Source of the DNA: Rhizaria sp. SCN 62-66
Lineage: Eukaryota
NCBI GenBank assembly: GCA_001724265.1
Contig: MEDY01000043.1
Location: 62,001 to 120,289, forward strand
Direction: 5' to 3'
Length of the DNA: 58,289 bases
Shown: positions 54,759 to 58,289 of the stretch, piece after piece
How positions within the stretch are numbered: position 1 is the stretch's first letter
How the letters are laid out: each line of letters starts with the position of its first letter
The notes under the pieces: generated by a model
Database searches by the model: none
Seen by the model: only the letters and a program-made list of their open reading frames with translations
Told to the model about the DNA's origin: nothing
Position numbers and translations under genes: made by a program

Positions 54759-55476
54759 AAACTACAAGTGTCTACAAGTGCGCGCGCAGGGGTATCGAAA
54801 CGGAGATAATAGCGAAGGTCAGTGAGAAATATAAAAACACAAATGATATACAGAACAATAAAAATGCTATACATACTAACAGCAGCAAAAACGACGACAT
54901 AGAGCGCTCACACATTCACGACAAAGTGACATGCTCATCAGCTGTGGCGAGAGGTGGGCGCTCTCGAACGAAGAAACAGTTCGGTCAAGTCACATTCTCA
55001 ACGTTTAACACCTCGCAAAGGACAGCAGCAAAGAAAATACGATGACAGTTAGATATAACAAAACGTGGGGGAAATTGTGTGGTGTGTCAAAAATAAAATC
55101 TAGGTTGTATTATTGTGTGCCGAAGGTGTGGGCAAAGGGGTGGTCAAAGCGATAGTCTTTAACACTCGAGCCGCGCAAAGGGCGCAGACTTGAGCCGAGA
55201 CAGAGACGCCACACGGTAAGCAAGTGCGTAAACGGTGTGAAAGAGACTGAAAAATAAAAAAGCAATCACGCCGCCCAGCGGCTGCGGGAGCAGAACCGGG
55301 GCGCGTCACCTCAACCAACGAGTGACAGCGGCGCAGCAACAGAGGGTGTGTAGTGCTGCGCTGCGCTGCCGCAACTATGTTACATAGTTATAGCTTAAAA
55401 TCACACTGCGGCATGTTGTGGAGGACATGCGTGAGCGGGGAGATGGGCAAGAGAGGAAGAGCAAAGGTTTGCTTGT

Positions 55477-55966
55477 TTACTTCTTGTCGGTGAGGAACGC
55501 GAGGGGGTTCTTCCAGGCGTTAAGCTTGACCTGCTGGTAGACCATGAGGCCGCTGAGAACGCCGAAAGCGCCAATCCACGAGGAGAAGAGGCGAGCGCGG
55601 GTGGCACGGGTGTAGTTGCCGGAGACGAGGAGGGCGTGCTGTAGAGAGCGAGAAAGCGAGAGCAGAGCATTGTTCGGAGAGTGGGGACAGGGGCAAATAA
55701 CAATCGAGGAACAAAGAAAAGACAGAGTGAGTGAAGTGTTGATATGAGCCAGGCGGGTGAACATCTTAGTGTTGGGATAATATTATCGTGCATGACAGAA
55801 GTCATAAAGGCACAAGGGCCGTGCTGGAGCAGCGACGAATGAAAGGAAAACGTACGCCGGTGGTGAAGCCAAGGGGCTTGCGGCGGAGGAAGATGACCTT
55901 GCGGATCTTGGCATCCTCCGGAAGACCGGGGAAGTGCATGCTAGAGAAAACGCTCTTCTCAGCCAT
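55477..55966 (-). CDS. Small 2-exon single-pass membrane protein of unknown function, 90 aa
   Basis: Exons 55966-55856 and 55638-55477 join to MAEKSVFSSMHFPGLPEDAKIRKVIFLRRKPLGFTTG|HALLVSGNYTRATRARLFSSWIGAFGVLSGLMVYQQVKLNAWKNPLAFLTDKK*. Kozak-like CAACCATGG; codon bias resembles RPS26. Confidence 0.8.
55639..55855 (-). other. Spliceosomal intron (217 nt, GTACGT..CAG)
   Basis: Pyrimidine-rich interior; phase-0 junction restores the frame. Confidence 0.82.
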
Positions 55967-56430
55967 GGTTGCTGACGACGACAGAGGCAAAGGGAAGCAG
56001 AACAAAGGTGCAGAAAAGAAAAGTGCAAAGTGAGAGAAAGCACATGGGTTTGGGGCGGTCGGGGACACCCGCCAGCCGGGTCATGAGCGGGTATTTACGC
56101 ACTGAGAAAAAAGCGGTTGATAGACATGTGCGTGGACAATATATAAATTGAATCAAAAACGGATTTGACAATTGTCCGCCGCCGCAGGAGAGCAGTTCGT
56201 GAGCGGCCCAGGGGCAGCCTGGCTGTGGGGCTGTGCAGTGGGCCCAGTGAGGCGGCCCGGTACTTAGTCCGACCGAGCTCGGTCGGCCGGCTGTAAGGGG
56301 CCTGTCGGACTGGGCCGGTGGCGAGTGACTGTGGGAGGCGCGACTGGCAGCAAAGAGCCGCGGACCCTGATCTGGCGCGGTGTCGAGAGGAGCGGATTTT
56401 GACTTAGATTGCGAGGACTCTCTGACCGTA
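55967..56430. promoter_or_regulatory. Divergent (bidirectional) promoter region with palindromes and GGCCCA elements
   Basis: 464 bp between head-to-head ATGs. Perfect palindromes CCGACCGAGCTCGGTCGG (56269-56286), GACAATTGTC (56167-56176) and TGGGCCCA (56239-56246). Confidence 0.55.
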
Positions 56431-57711
56431 ATGTCGACCCCGTTGTGTCTCGCTGAAGGGCAGCTCAAGTATGCCGTGCATCCCGTGGTGGTGTTTTCTA
56501 TCCTCGACGCCTTCCGCCGTCGCCCCGTCGACCAGGAGTATGTCATTGGCACCATCATGGGCGAGCGCGATGGCAACACGGTCACCATCAAGGAGTGCTT
56601 CCCCGTTCGCTACGTCTCCGAGGACGGTGAGCTGGTACGTTTCTCCACCTCTTTATCTCTCTTCCTATCCCTTTTTTGGTCCTTCCCTCCCCTTGCTTGT
56701 CCTCAGATTTTCCTTCTCCGATCAGCGCCTACTTTCCGTTCGTTCCGTTCCGCCCAGCCGCTCACCACTTCTTCTCTCTCGCTCGCTCCTCTCCTCTCTT
56801 GCACACAACGACGCCGCGCGCCTCCTTTCATCTACTGCTCCCTCTTGCTCTGCCGCATCTGCGCATACGCACTTGTACAGAAACTGCAGACGCCCCACCA
56901 TGCCACGATGACTGCTCTGAACAAGCGTGTCAACTCTCGCCTCCAGGTCCTGGGCTGGTTCTCTACCGCCGAGCGCACCGACGCGGCCTGGACCCAGATC
57001 AATGAGGCCTACTGCTCCCTCACTACCCCGTTTGTCACCACGGTCGCGGCCACCGCCACGACCCCCGCAGTGACCGCCCACCCCTTCGCCCCCATCATCC
57101 TCGCCGTCAACACCTCGCTCCGCAAGGACTCCATCGACGTCACTTGCTACGCGGGCAAGAAGGTCTCCTTCGGCGCGCAGGTCCTTCACACGCGCTTTGA
57201 CGCGCTGCCGTACACCTGGGTTGCCGACGAGGCCACGCGCATCGGCATCGACGCCATCATCAACGGCGTCGTCGTCCCTGGCGACACGGCGTTCGACGCC
57301 CCCTCGACGATCCGCTCCGACGACGAGGCCGTCTTCGCCTCGCTCAACGACTTCAAGATCCTCCTCGACAAGTCCGCCGCGTACTTGGCTGATGTTGCTG
57401 CCGGCAAGGTCACCCCGAACGCCGAGGTCGGCCGCATGCTCGCCGCCGCGCTCGCCGCCGTGCCCCAGCTCGACCCCGCCGTCCGCAACAAGTCCTACGG
57501 CGTCACTGCGGGCGCCAACTCGGCCGCCGCGGTCGCCGCCGCCGACGCCGCCGCGCAGCCCAGCGCCGCCGCGGCGTCTGCGCTCGCCACCGTCACCGCG
57601 GCCGCCGCGCCCAGTGCCACGATGAACGATATGCTGCTGACGGTGTACCTGTCCAAGGTTGCGTCGACGCAGGTCGGGCTCGCGGACCGTGTCGCTGAGC
57701 TCCTCCAATGA
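56431..57711 (+). CDS. EIF3F: Eukaryotic translation initiation factor 3 subunit F (MPN-minus domain), 2 exons, 344 aa
   Basis: Exons 56431-56634 and 56881-57711. MPN motifs VHPVVVFSILDAFRRR..VIGTIMG..IKECFPV and VLGWFST; C-terminal NDMLLTVYLSKVASTQVGLA typical of eIF3f. Confidence 0.88.
   Translation: MSTPLCLAEGQLKYAVHPVVVFSILDAFRRRPVDQEYVIGTIMGERDGNTVTIKECFPVRYVSEDGELVRFSTSLSLFLSLFWSFPPLACPQIFLLRSAPTFRSFRSAQPLTTSSLSLAPLLSCTQRRRAPPFIYCSLLLCRICAYALVQKLQTPHHATMTALNKRVNSRLQVLGWFSTAERTDAAWTQINEAYCSLTTPFVTTVAATATTPAVTAHPFAPIILAVNTSLRKDSIDVTCYAGKKVSFGAQVLHTRFDALPYTWVADEATRIGIDAIINGVVVPGDTAFDAPSTIRSDDEAVFASLNDFKILLDKSAAYLADVAAGKVTPNAEVGRMLAAALAAVPQLDPAVRNKSYGVTAGANSAAAVAAADAAAQPSAAAASALATVTAAAAPSATMNDMLLTVYLSKVASTQVGLADRVAELLQ
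56635..56880 (+). other. Spliceosomal intron of eIF3f (246 nt, GTACGT..CAG; 3n, stop-free)
   Basis: CT-rich stretch between CTG|GTACGT and TTGTACAG|AAA that interrupts the MPN domain. Confidence 0.88.
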
Positions 57712-58205
57712 ACGAGCGAAGCATACAGAGTCGCGGGGGAAAGAAACAGAGAACTGTATCATGCTCGTCGCTGTCCGTCGGAAGTGCTGAAATCGCTCCG
57801 TACTGACGTATCGTAACGATGACGACGACGAGGAAAAGGTTTTGTTACGTAGAATGAGGGCCATGTATGTGCTATAAAAATGTGCTTGCGATCTGGATAT
57901 GAACGGAGAGCACGTTAAATATCAATAAAGCAACTCAATTTAACCAAAATCAATATTTGACCTTGTATTAATATCTCATTGTGTGGAACACGCAACCTCA
58001 CAGCAAGCATGCAACGATGTTAAATGAAATGATCCGATCAAATGACATTAAATGACAGATTGTTGAGATTATTGTCACGAATGTTTAGTAAGTGTATTTT
58101 TTTTCTAAGAGAAAGAGCAAATCCTTATTCAGGATGCTTCATGAAGAAAAGAGAGTTGTTGGTTGGTGTTGACACGGGTGCGAGATCAGAAGCTCAGCAG
58201 AGTAC

Positions 58206-58289
58206 TTAGTACTCGCCATCGCCCTCATCGCCCTCAGCGCCAGCCTCGACGGAGTCGGAGCCGACCTCCTCGTAGTCCTTCTCGAGGGC
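58206..58289 (-). CDS. TUBA: Alpha-tubulin, 3' end only (truncated by the window)
   Basis: Reverse strand reads ALEKDYEEVGSDSVEAGAEGDEGDGEY*, the diagnostic alpha-tubulin C-terminus. It is absent from the ORF track because it is short. Confidence 0.95.
   Translation of the reverse strand, partial: ALEKDYEEVGSDSVEAGAEGDEGDGEY

Noticed and set aside
56380..56430. N-terminal extensions in the ORF track for eIF3f, RPS26 (52718) and the 19373 ORF
   Set aside because: They begin at GTG-type starts not expected in a eukaryote; the first ATGs fit the known family N-termini (eIF3f, RPS26) or follow acceptor-like signals.
13756..58208. No gene ends in TAG (7 TAA, 3 TGA), suggesting possible stop-codon reassignment
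   Set aside because: More than 15,000 codons of giant ORFs contain no in-frame TAG, so it is not used as a sense codon; ten genes is too small a sample.
1..58289. Prokaryotic operon, CRISPR array, transposon, viral insert, tRNA or rRNA
   Set aside because: Spliceosomal introns and eukaryote-specific genes are present. I saw no repeat-spacer array, terminal repeats, transposase/RT/capsid motifs or structured RNA signatures by eye; a covariance-model search was not run.

Overview
Eukaryotic nuclear DNA from a gene-dense, GC-rich genome, most likely a protist; the lineage cannot be named from this window. Coding regions are GC/Ala-rich, separated by short (0.2-1.2 kb) mostly AT-richer spacers. 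Ten protein genes are supported: a 5'-truncated giant DUF3638/DUF3645 SF2-helicase-like ATPase; a secreted Asp-box (BNR) propeller protein; a 5-exon TFIIE-alpha; a 3857-aa CEP350/CAP350-like protein with about 15 acidic Y-x(2-4)-F repeats; a 6779-aa predicted dually N-acylated NB-ARC + WD40 (APAF-1/NLR-like) protein; RPS26; a WKF-domain protein; a 2-exon 90-aa single-TM protein; a 2-exon eIF3f; and the 3' end of alpha-tubulin. All six frame-validated introns start GTACG(T/A). Several genes have a polypyrimidine-YAG acceptor just before the ATG with no consensus donor upstream, which may indicate spliced-leader trans-splicing. A cryptic spliced unit near 16.1 kb converges on TFIIE-alpha. No rRNA, tRNA, CRISPR or transposon was recognised. 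Family assignments come from motif recognition only; no database searches were run.
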